NCBI GenBank assembly: GCA_043825735.1
Contig: JBDRRP010000027.1
Coordinates: 124,001-185,425, forward strand
Direction of reading: 5' to 3'
Length of the DNA stretch: 61,425 nt
Origin: Pseudomonadota bacterium
GTDB taxonomy: Bacteria > Desulfobacterota > Desulfobacteria > Desulfobacterales > JBDRRP01
In this document: in pieces, positions 41,318 through 51,582 of the stretch
Numbering within the stretch: position 1 is the first letter of the stretch
How the letters are laid out: each line of letters begins with the position of its first letter
Translations under genes and position numbers: made by a program
Notes under the pieces: model-generated
Database searches by the model: none
Seen by the model: the letters and a program-made list of their open reading frames with translations, nothing else
What the model was told of the DNA's origin: nothing

Positions 41318-43054
41318 ATGAACGCCGTTTCACTGATCAAAGCGATGATCGAACCCGGAGGCCGCGCGCCAATACGCGGAGGGGGGCGGCTGCAGCCCGG
41401 CGACCGATTGCTGGCAAAGGTGCTGGACATCGGAAAGGACGGCATGGCGAGACTGGATCTGGGCCGGTTCACGGCGATGGCCGCACTGCGCACGCCGGTA
41501 AGTACGGGGATGCACCTGTCCCTGGAAGTCGTGGAAAGCGCCGGCCAATTGATTCTGAAGATCAGAGAGCGAAAACGCCGGCAAGACCCGCCCGCCGCGC
41601 CGCGACCGGCGGCCGATGCCTCCGGCGCGGACACGGACGCCGCGCGGCGGCAGCTGTTTCGATCCCTCCAGCAATTGCGGGGGCTCACCCGGTGGGCATC
41701 GTTGCCATCGGCCCGCGAAGGGCTGCCCCATCTGCTTCGCCTGCTCACCCCGCTCAACCCCATGACAGCTTCTGTAAAGGACATCGCCGCGCGGATACAG
41801 GAAAGCATCGAGGATTCCGGCCTGTTTTTTGAAAGCCGGCTCGCCCGGCGTCTGGAAGCCGACGGGCGCCCGGACGAGCGCACCCGCGCCATGCCCTCCG
41901 ACCGGGAAAACGCGCCCCTTTCGGCAGTTGTCCGCCGGGACGCGAAAGCGGTTGCCCTCCAGATACTGTCAGATCTTAAAAAAGCGCCCACGCCGCTGCC
42001 CCCGGCACTGGCGCTTTTGGAAAAAAACGCTGCCGGCCTGCTCTCCGACATCCAGGGACATCAGCGCAACGCGATGAAACAACGGTTTTCGGAAAACACT
42101 GAACGCACCCCGCTGGTATATGGACCTCGCCATGGCGCAGCCGCACGGAGCACTGAACCGGACGCAACTTCCGCCAGGGGTCCTGAAGCCTGGTGGCGGG
42201 TTACGGGCGAGGCGCCGCCGGTGTCGAAACTGCGCGCGGCTGCGCCACGCCTGAAAGCGCCCCACCTCCGTCGAGGACTGCTCAAAACCGCCGAAACGGT
42301 GGCGCTGGCGCTGGCGCGTTCAGAACGCCCCCTTTCGCCGTCGCAAATCTCCCGCGATGAAGGCCATCTGGTTCGGGTGATCCGGACCTACACCCGGCGC
42401 CCCGCGTCCGATACCGGCATCCACATCCCGACGGGATGGCGCCGTCTTGAACGCCTGGCAGCGGCGCTCAGCAATACGCAGCACAGCGCCGCGATCACGA
42501 AACATCCGCTCCAAGCGCAGCGCTTGTCGGAAACGCTGGTTCGCCTGATCCGCCATGAGATCGAACGCTTCGATTCCGATCTTCACCTGCTCGGACGCAT
42601 GGTCCGTGGGCAACTGGGGGAAGACATGGCGCCGGGCTCCCAGCGCCGCGCCGGCGGGGCCCCCGGGGAGAGTGGTCAAGTCCTCGGATTCACCATCCCA
42701 ATGGCCCCGCCCGATCAACCGGTGCGCCTGCACGTCTACTACCCTCCGCGCAAACAGACCGACGCGCCGGGGACCCATCAGGTGGCCTTGCTTTTGTCCC
42801 TGACCCCCATGGGAGATGTCCGTGCAGAGGTCAGCCTGACACCGGAAGGACTGCGGGTCACCCTGCGGCTGTCCGAAGCGCGCGCGATGCACGTGGTGAG
42901 GCAGCACCAGGGTATCCTTGAAGCGGCACTGGCACCGTTGGCCCCGTCGCTGCGAATCGACACGCATCAGCTCATCACCGGGCCGGACCCCTCCGGCGGA
43001 CCACAACCGTCGATCCGCCCGGAAGGCAGTGGAAGGGTAAATGTCGATGTCTGA
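41318..43054 (+). CDS. Flagellar hook-length control FliK-like protein
   Basis: IEDSGLFFESRL, C-terminal LLLSLTPMGDVRAEVSL; overlaps an FlhB-C-like gene. Confidence 0.6.
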   Translation: MNAVSLIKAMIEPGGRAPIRGGGRLQPGDRLLAKVLDIGKDGMARLDLGRFTAMAALRTPVSTGMHLSLEVVESAGQLILKIRERKRRQDPPAAPRPAADASGADTDAARRQLFRSLQQLRGLTRWASLPSAREGLPHLLRLLTPLNPMTASVKDIAARIQESIEDSGLFFESRLARRLEADGRPDERTRAMPSDRENAPLSAVVRRDAKAVALQILSDLKKAPTPLPPALALLEKNAAGLLSDIQGHQRNAMKQRFSENTERTPLVYGPRHGAAARSTEPDATSARGPEAWWRVTGEAPPVSKLRAAAPRLKAPHLRRGLLKTAETVALALARSERPLSPSQISRDEGHLVRVIRTYTRRPASDTGIHIPTGWRRLERLAAALSNTQHSAAITKHPLQAQRLSETLVRLIRHEIERFDSDLHLLGRMVRGQLGEDMAPGSQRRAGGAPGESGQVLGFTIPMAPPDQPVRLHVYYPPRKQTDAPGTHQVALLLSLTPMGDVRAEVSLTPEGLRVTLRLSEARAMHVVRQHQGILEAALAPLAPSLRIDTHQLITGPDPSGGPQPSIRPEGSGRVNVDV

Positions 43055-43358
43055 ACGCAAAAAAATTTCCAAAGCAGCGGCGCTCGCCTACACTCCCGGG
43101 ATGGATATCCCCCCCCGGATCGTTGCCAGCGGCAGTGGAGAGATCGCCGAGCGGATCATTGCGCTTGCCGTAGAAAACGGTATCCCCATCCGGGAAGATG
43201 ACAACCTGGCGAACCTTTTGGAAGCCCTCGACGTGGACATGGATATCCCGCCGGCGTTGTACCGGGCAGTGGCGGAAGTGCTTGTTTTTGTCTACCGGCT
43301 GAATGGGTTGATGGTGCCCACCGAGGGAGACGGGGCCGGTGGCGGTACACTCGTGTAG
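43047..43358 (+). CDS. EscU/YscU/HrcU (FlhB C-terminal-like, YlqH type) protein
   Basis: KAAALAY...PRIVASGSGEIAERII, IPPALYRAVAEVLVFVY. Confidence 0.9.
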   Translation: MSERKKISKAAALAYTPGMDIPPRIVASGSGEIAERIIALAVENGIPIREDDNLANLLEALDVDMDIPPALYRAVAEVLVFVYRLNGLMVPTEGDGAGGGTLV

Positions 43359-43380
43359 GGGGTCCCTGCCGATGAGTCGT

Positions 43381-43980
43381 TCAGGGGTTGTCGGCGATCC
43401 CGCCGCGGCGCCCTTTTTTCTTGTTCTTTTTCCGAGATTTCCGGTCTTGTCTCCGAGCGGCCATCTGCTGCTTTTTCTCCGTCAGTTTCTGGCGAATGTC
43501 ACGCTGGTACTTATCCACGGCTGAATGGACCATCACGTACCCGGCAATGGCCACCGGGACCCCGATCACCACCCCGCCCAGCGTCATGGCCCAGAAAATT
43601 CGAGGCGTCTGTTTGAAAAACGTGATAAAAGAGGTCACGCTGAAGGCTTCCGGCGTCAGTGTGATCTCCGGCATGCCGATCATGTGAGCGCCCACGAAAT
43701 AGGTCATCCCATAGATAATGGGCGCCGTCACCGGATTGGTAATCCACACCGCCGCCGCCGCTGAAATCTTGTTCAGTTTAAACAGCGCCGCCAGGAAAAC
43801 GGCGATAGCCATCTGAAACCCCATGGTGGGCGACATGCCGACAAACAGTCCGAGGGCGAAGCCCAGGGCGATCTCGCGCGGGGTGCCGCGGATTTTCAAA
43901 AACCGTTCGTAGGTCTTGCGGATGGATGTCTGGAAGAGGCTTTTCTTCTCAGTCAGATAGTTATTGATCTGCTTTACCAA
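43381..43980 (-). CDS. DUF2062 membrane protein
   Basis: GTPREIALGFALGLFVGMSP, WITNPVT. Confidence 0.85.
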   Translation of the reverse strand: MVKQINNYLTEKKSLFQTSIRKTYERFLKIRGTPREIALGFALGLFVGMSPTMGFQMAIAVFLAALFKLNKISAAAAVWITNPVTAPIIYGMTYFVGAHMIGMPEITLTPEAFSVTSFITFFKQTPRIFWAMTLGGVVIGVPVAIAGYVMVHSAVDKYQRDIRQKLTEKKQQMAARRQDRKSRKKNKKKGRRGGIADNP

Positions 43981-44109
43981 AGGATTCGCCCTATTACCGA
44001 CGGTTGACGCATCGCCCAGGGAGCCCGACGCTTTCCCCGGGCAAAGAAGTGGTTACCATATCACTGATCGGTAGCGTAAAAAAAGATTTATCTGTCAAAG
44101 GAGACTGCC

Positions 44110-46608
44110 ATGGCCCCCATCACGCCCCACCGCTACCAAATAGATATCGCTCCGGATCTCGATCAGTACACATTCACCGGCAGCGTCACCATAGAGGGCA
44201 CGGTGGCGGCCCCCACCGACAGCCTATGGCTTCATGCACTGGGACTAAAAATTGATGTCTGCCGGCTTACCGCCGGTGACGTGGCCGTGGCAGCGGTGGC
44301 GGCGGTGGACGATACCGCCGAGCGGCTGACCCTGACGCTGGCGCGCACCGTGTCCGGACCGGTGACCCTGCACATCGACTACCACGGCATCCTCAACGAC
44401 CAGATGGCGGGCTTTTACCGCAGCGGTTATGTCACGGAAAACGGCCCGGCGGTGATCGCCGTCACCCAGTTCCAGGAAAGCGACGCCCGCAGGGCCTTTC
44501 CCTGTATCGATCACCCCGCGGCCAAGGCCGAGTTCGACATCGCGCTGATCGTTGACACCCGGCTGTGCGCCATCAGCAACATGCCTGCCACCGGTGAAAC
44601 GGCCGCGGAAAGCGGAAAAAAGCGGGTCGTCTTTGCCCGCACGCCTAAAATGTCCACCTACCTTGTGTTTTTTTCCGTGGGTGACTACCGGATTACGACG
44701 GAAGCCGCTGACCCGCGGGTGCGCTCGGTCGTCCTGCCGGGCCGGGAATCCTATGGAGACTATGGCCGCGATTTCGGGGGCAAAGCCCTCGACTACTGCG
44801 AGCGCTATACCGGCATCCCTTATCCGCTGGAAAAAATGGACCTGATTGCCATCCCCGATTTCGCCTTCGGCGCCATGGAAAATTGGGGCGCCATCACCTT
44901 CAGGGAGAACTTGCTGCTCTACGATCCTGAAAAGACGTCGAGCGCCGGCAAAGAACGCATCTGTGAAGTGACCGCCCATGAAGTCGTTCACCAGTGGTTC
45001 GGCAATCTGGTAACGCCTTCGGACTGGCGATACCTGTGGCTCAATGAAAGTTTCGCCACCTATTTTGGCTTCGGCATCGTGGACCATTACTACCCCGAGT
45101 GGAAAACCTGGCATCAGTTTCTCAACGGACAGACCGGGACCGCCATGAAACGCGACGCCCTCCCCGGCACCGTAGCAATCGAAATCCCCGGCGGTGAGCA
45201 CGTGGTGATTAATTCTTCCACAGCCCCCATTATCTACAACAAGGGGGCCAGCATTTTGCGTCATATCCGGGGGTACATCGGCGACGCGCATTTCCAGAAG
45301 GGCTTGAGCACCTATTTAAACCGGCACGCCTACGCAAACGCCGCCAGCGACGATTTCTGGCAGGCCTTCGAATCGGTGTCGGACCACCCCGTGGCCGCGA
45401 TCATGAAAAGCTGGATCGCGCAGCCCGGGTTTCCCCTACTGGAAGTCAGCAGGGAAAACGACGGTCTGCGCATCTGCCAGCGCCGGTTCAGTTATCTTCC
45501 GGAGGCGGGCAGCCCCCGATGGCAGATCCCGGTCACCCTGGCTTTCTGGCACACAGACGGTCACTCGTGGCAGCAAACGCTCCTGCTGACAGACGCGGAG
45601 ACATTGCTGCCCCTGCCGGAGGCTGTTGCCGCCTATAAGCTCAACGCCGGTCAGACCGGATTTTACCGAACCCATTACAAGGATGATCTCAACGCCGCGG
45701 CCCTTGAGCGCATGGCGGCCTCCGGCCAACTGACACCCGAAGACCAGTGGGGCCTCCAGGGTGATCTCTACGAGCTGGTGAAAAGCGGCGCCCGACCCCT
45801 GGAGCGTTATCTGGCCTTCGTGGCGGCGTGCAGCGCAGAGACGCGCTTTCTTCCGGTGCTGGGGATGACTGAAAATCTCTTTGAAGCATTTCGCGTGGTG
45901 GCCCCGCCGGCCCGTGACCGCGTCCGGGACACGGCACGGGGGCTGGTCCAGGCCGCGCTTGACGCCATTGGGCTGACGCCGGCACCCCATGAGCCGCAGC
46001 CGTTGACCACCCTGCGCGACCAGTTGCTCTGGCAGGCCGTCTGCTACGGCATCGAAAACATCCGGGAGCGCATCGCGCGCCGGTTTGAAAGCCTTAAGCA
46101 AGGCCGCCCCATCCACCCTGATCTTATGAAAAGCACCCTGCAGACCGGCGCCGCCGGGGGCGATCGCGCCACACTGGCCTGGTTCGTCAAGCGGTTTTCT
46201 GACACCGGCAACGAACACCAGCGGATGGATCTGCTCACGGCCATGGGCGCATTTGCCGATACCGATCTTTTGGATAGCGCCCTTGCATTTGGACTGGCGG
46301 ATGTACCCGAGCGCAATCGGTTCCTGCTGGTCGCGGCGGTGGCCGCCAACCCGCAGGGGGACGCCACGCTCTGGCGCTGGTATCTGAACAATCTGGGAAA
46401 ACTGGAAAAAGGGCACCCGCTGCTGTATGAGCGGATGGTGATCGCCGTCATCTTGGGCGCAGGGCTGACGCAGCCGGATGCGGTCCGGGCGTTTTTCCTG
46501 GATTACCGCAGTCGGCCGGCGGCACCGGTGGACGCCATCGATCTGGCTTTGGGAAAACTCGCGGTAAACCTGAAGTTGCTGGAAAAATCGGGCGAGAAAA
46601 TGCCCTGA
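44110..46608 (+). CDS. M1-family aminopeptidase
   Basis: TQFQ...ARRAFPC, GAMENWG, HEVVHQWFGNLVT...LNESFA. Confidence 0.95.
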   Translation: MAPITPHRYQIDIAPDLDQYTFTGSVTIEGTVAAPTDSLWLHALGLKIDVCRLTAGDVAVAAVAAVDDTAERLTLTLARTVSGPVTLHIDYHGILNDQMAGFYRSGYVTENGPAVIAVTQFQESDARRAFPCIDHPAAKAEFDIALIVDTRLCAISNMPATGETAAESGKKRVVFARTPKMSTYLVFFSVGDYRITTEAADPRVRSVVLPGRESYGDYGRDFGGKALDYCERYTGIPYPLEKMDLIAIPDFAFGAMENWGAITFRENLLLYDPEKTSSAGKERICEVTAHEVVHQWFGNLVTPSDWRYLWLNESFATYFGFGIVDHYYPEWKTWHQFLNGQTGTAMKRDALPGTVAIEIPGGEHVVINSSTAPIIYNKGASILRHIRGYIGDAHFQKGLSTYLNRHAYANAASDDFWQAFESVSDHPVAAIMKSWIAQPGFPLLEVSRENDGLRICQRRFSYLPEAGSPRWQIPVTLAFWHTDGHSWQQTLLLTDAETLLPLPEAVAAYKLNAGQTGFYRTHYKDDLNAAALERMAASGQLTPEDQWGLQGDLYELVKSGARPLERYLAFVAACSAETRFLPVLGMTENLFEAFRVVAPPARDRVRDTARGLVQAALDAIGLTPAPHEPQPLTTLRDQLLWQAVCYGIENIRERIARRFESLKQGRPIHPDLMKSTLQTGAAGGDRATLAWFVKRFSDTGNEHQRMDLLTAMGAFADTDLLDSALAFGLADVPERNRFLLVAAVAANPQGDATLWRWYLNNLGKLEKGHPLLYERMVIAVILGAGLTQPDAVRAFFLDYRSRPAAPVDAIDLALGKLAVNLKLLEKSGEKMP

Positions 46609-46609
46609 G

Positions 46610-47476
46610 TCATTCCCGGACCGGTGTCTTCCAATCGGTGCTGAAGCCCATTGCGGCAAGACGGTGGATTCCCTCGACCATATGGCGCCCCACCGTGGCC
46701 ACGCCATGGGAATCATCCCCGGGAACGGCGGCGATCCCCAGCTCGAAAGCCTGGCGCAAAATGACCGGCGCCACATAGGGTTCGCTGGCCCCCTTGGACA
46801 AGGCGGCCAGGTTGAAATCAAGGATGAGCCCTTGCTCGGCGATGAACGTCAGGTTGCGCGTGATCCGCCGGGCGATCTCCGCTCGATTCAAGCGCTCGGG
46901 GTAATCGGGGTCGAATAGCCGCACGAGATCCAGATGCCCCACCACCGCGGGACAAAGCCGCTGGAGCATCTCAAATTGCCGATCAAAATAGCGGCAGTAA
47001 AGCCCATCGATACCGCCGCAGGCCGCAGCGGCAGCATCATAGCCTTCACGGCTGAAATCGATGGCAAGCGCCCCCACATGATGGACCGAGCCAACCACAT
47101 AGTCAGGGCGGTAGCGGTCGATCAGGTGGCGCGCCCAGGCGATGCCTCCGGGATAGGATTCGGTCTCGAAGCCCACAAATACCCGCAGGCGATGGGCAAC
47201 AGCCGCCTGGACGGCTCTTGCTGCAGCCATGTATCGGGCAAAGCGCGCCTGCAAAAATGCCGCCGTAAGGCCCGCCGACACTTCATCGGGGTATCTCCAG
47301 CGGTCGTCCGGCGGTGGGGCGTGCTCGGTGAGTCCCACCCAGAGAAACCCCTTTTCAATATAGGCTTCCACGACCGACGACAGGGTATCGCTGGCGTGCT
47401 GACAGAATTCGCCACTGTGCCCGCCGTGGACAGATACCCAGCCCGGCGGATTCGGGTCAGGGGTTTCTTTTGGCAT
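46610..47476 (-). CDS. PHP-family histidinol-phosphatase (HisJ-like)
   Basis: HGGH, GLTEH, GSVHHV, GHLDL, DDSH; start uncertain (47476-47527). Confidence 0.85.
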   Translation of the reverse strand: MPKETPDPNPPGWVSVHGGHSGEFCQHASDTLSSVVEAYIEKGFLWVGLTEHAPPPDDRWRYPDEVSAGLTAAFLQARFARYMAAARAVQAAVAHRLRVFVGFETESYPGGIAWARHLIDRYRPDYVVGSVHHVGALAIDFSREGYDAAAAACGGIDGLYCRYFDRQFEMLQRLCPAVVGHLDLVRLFDPDYPERLNRAEIARRITRNLTFIAEQGLILDFNLAALSKGASEPYVAPVILRQAFELGIAAVPGDDSHGVATVGRHMVEGIHRLAAMGFSTDWKTPVRE

Positions 47477-47759
47477 CGGGGGATCCGGCATCGGCCGCGG
47501 TGATGTGAGAGGCCGACTGCTGCGCAACGCTGAGCGTGCCGTCAGTGGCCGTGGTCAGCCTTCGCACCTGCTCTGAAAGACTGTCCAGACGCTGGGCGAT
47601 GTCGTCCAGTTTTATGGCAACAGCGACGATACAGTAGAGCAGCAGGCAAAAGGCCGTGGCAACCGCGCCCCAGCCCCAGAACACGCGGCCAACGGCCAGT
47701 ATCACCAAAAACGTGGCGGCAGTGGTGGTATATGGGCCTTTTTGCAGTGCGATTTTCAT
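47457..47759 (-). CDS. Small membrane protein
   Basis: Two hydrophobic segments then a coiled-coil-like tail; overlaps the PHP gene start. Confidence 0.55.
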   Translation of the reverse strand: MKIALQKGPYTTTAATFLVILAVGRVFWGWGAVATAFCLLLYCIVAVAIKLDDIAQRLDSLSEQVRRLTTATDGTLSVAQQSASHITAADAGSPDAKRNP

Positions 47760-47962
47760 TGAAAATTTCCTGGTACAATTGCAGGTGACCGACCATAGCG
47801 GCTTTGCCTTGATTAATCAAGCCGTTGCACCACCACTGCTGCTGCAGTGGAAACGGTCGTGTCCACATCGGGACACACGCCTTACCGAGTGACAAGATAG
47901 GGTTTCATCCCCGCAAAACTTCTGTTATGGGACTGTGTTCGATGACCGTGTCTGTCCACCAA

Positions 47963-48127
47963 TAGCGCCATTGTGTCATATAAACGTTCCATTTGCGCGA
48001 GGCCTCCTGTTGGTGATCGAAATCGTTATCGGTATCGACCGCACAAAGCATCGATTAGGATCCCGATTTCGATCCCGACCCCGAGAGGATCCCGGGATGA
48101 AACGGAATATTATTCTGACAAATACTA
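47963..48127 (+). mobile_element. MITE-like repeat family B, copy 3
   Basis: TAGCGCCATTGTGTCATATAAACGTTCCATTT ... CCCGACCCCGAGAGGATC ... AAACGGAATATTATTCTGACAAATACTA. Confidence 0.78.
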
Positions 48128-48143
48128 TAAAATAGGAAATCTC

Positions 48144-48800
48144 ATGACCAACCAACCATCGCCGCGCCCGGAAGGGTTTGTCCGAAAGGAAACACTGTGG
48201 ACGGCCATCATGCTGTCAGTGGCCGCCGGATTTTTCATCGGCGTGGTGTTCACCATATTCAAAAGCAGCCCCCCGACGGGAGTGCCCCCAACCAGCACCA
48301 TGCAACAACCCAAAGCCGCTCCCGGAGAACTGACCGACGAGCAGGCCGCGCATCTGTTTGAACTGGAACGGCAGGCCGCGGCGCAACCGAATGATCCGGA
48401 AACCTGGGCCCAGATCGGGCATGTCTATTTCGACAGCGGCAACCCCGACAAGGCCATCGACGCCTATGAAAAATCGGTGGCCTTAAAACCCGACAATGCT
48501 GATGTGCTCACCGATCTGGGTGTCATGTACCGGCGCAACGGCAAACCTGAAAAGGCCGTCGAGAACTTCGACAAAGCCATGGCGGTGGATCCCGCGCACC
48601 AGGTATCGCGTTTTAACAAGGGGATTGTGCTGATTCACGATCTCAAGGATATTCCGGGCGGTATCGCTGCCTGGGAAGCACTGCTGAAAATCAACCCGGT
48701 GGCCATGGCCCCCAACGGACAGTCGGTGGACGAACTGGTCACACAGTTTCGCGCCATGAGCGGCGCCGGTGCCGCACCAAAAACAAAGCCGGCATCATGA
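48144..48800 (+). CDS. Membrane-anchored TPR protein
   Basis: N-terminal TM; TPR units WAQIGHVYF, VLTDLGVMY, RFNKGIVL. Confidence 0.85.
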   Translation: MTNQPSPRPEGFVRKETLWTAIMLSVAAGFFIGVVFTIFKSSPPTGVPPTSTMQQPKAAPGELTDEQAAHLFELERQAAAQPNDPETWAQIGHVYFDSGNPDKAIDAYEKSVALKPDNADVLTDLGVMYRRNGKPEKAVENFDKAMAVDPAHQVSRFNKGIVLIHDLKDIPGGIAAWEALLKINPVAMAPNGQSVDELVTQFRAMSGAGAAPKTKPAS

Positions 48801-49339
48801 GTGCCCTCGGCGGCACCACCCTGAACAGCCGGCGCGTTCATGCCGGCCGCGTCTTTGACCTGCATGTGGCCTCCGTCGAGCTGGCCACTGGCGTTACCTT
48901 CGAAATGGAGGTAATCCGGCATCCAGGCGCAGCGGCCATCGTGGCACTGAGCGAAATCGGCCAAGTGCTGTTGCTGCGCCAATACCGCCACAGCGTGGAA
49001 ACCGTTCTGTGGGAAATTCCGGCGGGAACCCGTGACGCCGGCGAGGCCCCGCTGTCCTGCGCCCGGCGGGAGCTGGAAGAAGAGACCGGATTTGCCGCCA
49101 GCCGGTGGGAGCCGATGGGCGAACTGCTGCCCGTGCCAGGCTATGCCGATGAACGCATCCACCTGTTTCTGGCCTCCGGACTCACCGCGTCCCGACAGTG
49201 CCTGGACCGCGATGAGCAGATTACCGTCCACGCACTGGACTTCGAGGAAGCCCTTCACTTGATCGATACCGGCGAAATTTATGACGGGAAAACCGTCGCG
49301 GCCCTGCTCAAGGCCGACCGCCTGCGCCGGCGCTCTTAA
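48797..49339 (+). CDS. NUDIX hydrolase (ADP-ribose pyrophosphatase-like)
   Basis: QYRH, EIPAG...ARRELEEETG Nudix box. Confidence 0.92.
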   Translation: MSALGGTTLNSRRVHAGRVFDLHVASVELATGVTFEMEVIRHPGAAAIVALSEIGQVLLLRQYRHSVETVLWEIPAGTRDAGEAPLSCARRELEEETGFAASRWEPMGELLPVPGYADERIHLFLASGLTASRQCLDRDEQITVHALDFEEALHLIDTGEIYDGKTVAALLKADRLRRRS

Positions 49340-49394
49340 GGCCAGGCAGCCCTCACCATTGAGATCTGGGGCAAAAAGCAAGCAAGGAAACATT

Positions 49395-49582
49395 ACCACG
49401 AAGTTCACGAAGGACACGAAGGTTCTATTAACCCAATTCGAACTGCCGGAACCAGAACCCGTTTTCGCCTGCCGGCGTCTGCCCCCTGATTTTCTTGGCG
49501 CTCTTAGCGCCTTGGCGAGAGCAATTGGTTTTTTTGATCTTCTGTTTTTCACTCACTTCGTGTTCTTCGCGAACTTCGTGGT
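49395..49582. repeat. CACGAAG x3 / CTTCGYG x3 inverted repeat with a nested CTTGGCG arm
   Basis: Left 49397-49421, right 49556-49580, nested arm 49494-49521; between convergent genes. Confidence 0.85.
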
Positions 49583-49586
49583 TTAA

Positions 49587-50702
49587 TCATTTTTTCCCGG
49601 CGCTCTCACGCCGGCAGATGCCGGCGACCGCAACGGCCGCGTCGGCAATCGCCGTATAGATCAGGTTGGAATGCTTTTTTTCACGGATGGTGCCGTCGGC
49701 CTGGATTTCCATGTAGGAGGGGCTGATAGAGCCGCCGATAGCATAGATGCCGGTACGGCTGGCCTCCAGGGTCTCCGAGAGCAGCAGCAGCTGCTCCCCC
49801 TCCCTGGCGATCTTGCAGATATTGCCGGTACAGGTGATCTGCTGGAGATGCAGATCGTTAAAAATGGCCGATGGGCCGTGGGTACCGATGCAGGCGATGA
49901 CGTTCTTCATGGGAAAACTCATCCCCTGATAGATGAAAACATCGTTCTGCGCATGGTTGCCGGGGCTCTGGTGAATGTAAAGCCGATCGATGCCTTCGGC
50001 ATCCACCTCCCCGATTTTGGGAACGGCGCCCTGAAGGATGCGGATATTGCCCCCCAGCAGAATTTCCACCCCCAGATCCCGTGCGGTGTCTTCGTTGATT
50101 TCGAACTGACGCTTGATGTGCCCCCAGTACACCGGTGAGTCGTCACCGTCTTCCCGCTTGGCCCGGGAAAGTGCGGCCACTACATCGGCAGCGGCGTTAC
50201 CGCCACCGATCACCAGCGTCGTGCGGCCGATATAATCCTCGGGGTTCTCCAGATTGCGGGCCACCGTCTTGGCCTCGCCGTAAATACCCAGATCGTTGGG
50301 AATATTACTGCCGAAGGCAAAAATGACGTTTCGGCCATGGAAGACGCCGGCCCGGGTGCTCACTTGAAAATCCCCGTCACTGCCCTGAAGTCCGTCGTAG
50401 AGGGTGCCAAATCGTATGTTCAGTGCCTCGCCCCGAATAAACCCTTCCACCTGCTCAATGTAGTCCTCGACGGATATCTTTTCAGAAGGGGGCGTGAGAC
50501 CATCCACTTCAAAGGGGCCGAGGTGGCCCTTGGGAATGGTGGGATAGACCTTCTTGCCCTTGGGATAGGAGTCGATGATGCCCTGGAACACCCGTCGGCC
50601 CTTCTCAAGAACCACGTAAGAGCGCCCCGCGTCACGCGCCAACACTGCCGCCGCCACCCCGCCGGGGCCACCGCCGATGATCACCACGTCAAAGGATTCC
50701 AT
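49587..50702 (-). CDS. FAD/NAD(P)-dependent oxidoreductase (thioredoxin-reductase-like fold)
   Basis: IIGGGPGG and VIGGGNAAAD dinucleotide motifs, GIYAIG; no CXXC. Confidence 0.75.
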   Translation of the reverse strand: MESFDVVIIGGGPGGVAAAVLARDAGRSYVVLEKGRRVFQGIIDSYPKGKKVYPTIPKGHLGPFEVDGLTPPSEKISVEDYIEQVEGFIRGEALNIRFGTLYDGLQGSDGDFQVSTRAGVFHGRNVIFAFGSNIPNDLGIYGEAKTVARNLENPEDYIGRTTLVIGGGNAAADVVAALSRAKREDGDDSPVYWGHIKRQFEINEDTARDLGVEILLGGNIRILQGAVPKIGEVDAEGIDRLYIHQSPGNHAQNDVFIYQGMSFPMKNVIACIGTHGPSAIFNDLHLQQITCTGNICKIAREGEQLLLLSETLEASRTGIYAIGGSISPSYMEIQADGTIREKKHSNLIYTAIADAAVAVAGICRRESAGKK

Positions 50703-50835
50703 TATGTCGCCTCGCTAAGAGCCGCTTGATCCGCCCGGATACACAGCACGGCACGGTTGAAAAACCGGTGCGTCTATGAAATGGGGATAGTATGGTTTTT
50801 ATCTATATGCAACCAACCGTCGCAGACAACGCGTT

Positions 50836-51582
50836 ATGACGGCAGACATAAAGAGTGGGCTGACGCCCATCGGTTACATGCATTCATGCTTTCCGGAAAA
50901 ATTCGGCACGCCGCGCCAGCCCGGACTCGTGACGGCGGCCAGCGGCACCATTGCACTGGTGCCGCCCTATAACGTACCGGAAATGGTTCGCGGTCTGGAG
51001 GCGTACTCCCACATCTGGGTCATCTTCCAGTTCCATGGCTGTGCGGACCGGCCGTGGCGGCCCACGGTTCGACCGCCGCGCCTTGGGGGAAACCGGCGGA
51101 TGGGCGTCCTGGCCACGCGGTCCACCTTTCGCCCCAACGCCATCGGAATGTCGGCAGTGCGGCTGGCCGGCATCCGCTGCAACGCGGAAGGCGTCTTCAT
51201 CGCCGTCACCGGTATCGATATCATCGACGGCACTCCCGTCCTCGACATCAAACCCTACCTGCCCTACAGTGATTGCATCGCCGAAGCGGCGGCACCCCAG
51301 GCGCCGGCACCGCCCGGGGAGATCCCCGTCACTTTTTCGCCGCCGGCTGCAGCCGCGCTGGCGGCCCTGGAAACGACGGGCTACCCCGGCCTGGGTAGCC
51401 TGCTGTCGACCGTGCTTGCCCTGGATCCCCGCCCCGCCTACCATGCCGGCCGGCACCGTAAAAAAACATACGCCATGCGGATCTATGATCTGAATGTACG
51501 CTGGGAGCCGGCCGGAGAAGGCATCCGGGTCACCAGCATCACCGGACCAGCGCCTGATCAGCGTTCCAGACTGAAGGCATGA
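50836..51582 (+). CDS. tsaA: tRNA t6A37 N6-methyltransferase TrmO
   Basis: EKFGTPRQPGL, PTVRPPRLGGN, ATRSTFRPN, DGTPVLDIKPY. Confidence 0.93.
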   Translation: MTADIKSGLTPIGYMHSCFPEKFGTPRQPGLVTAASGTIALVPPYNVPEMVRGLEAYSHIWVIFQFHGCADRPWRPTVRPPRLGGNRRMGVLATRSTFRPNAIGMSAVRLAGIRCNAEGVFIAVTGIDIIDGTPVLDIKPYLPYSDCIAEAAAPQAPAPPGEIPVTFSPPAAAALAALETTGYPGLGSLLSTVLALDPRPAYHAGRHRKKTYAMRIYDLNVRWEPAGEGIRVTSITGPAPDQRSRLKA

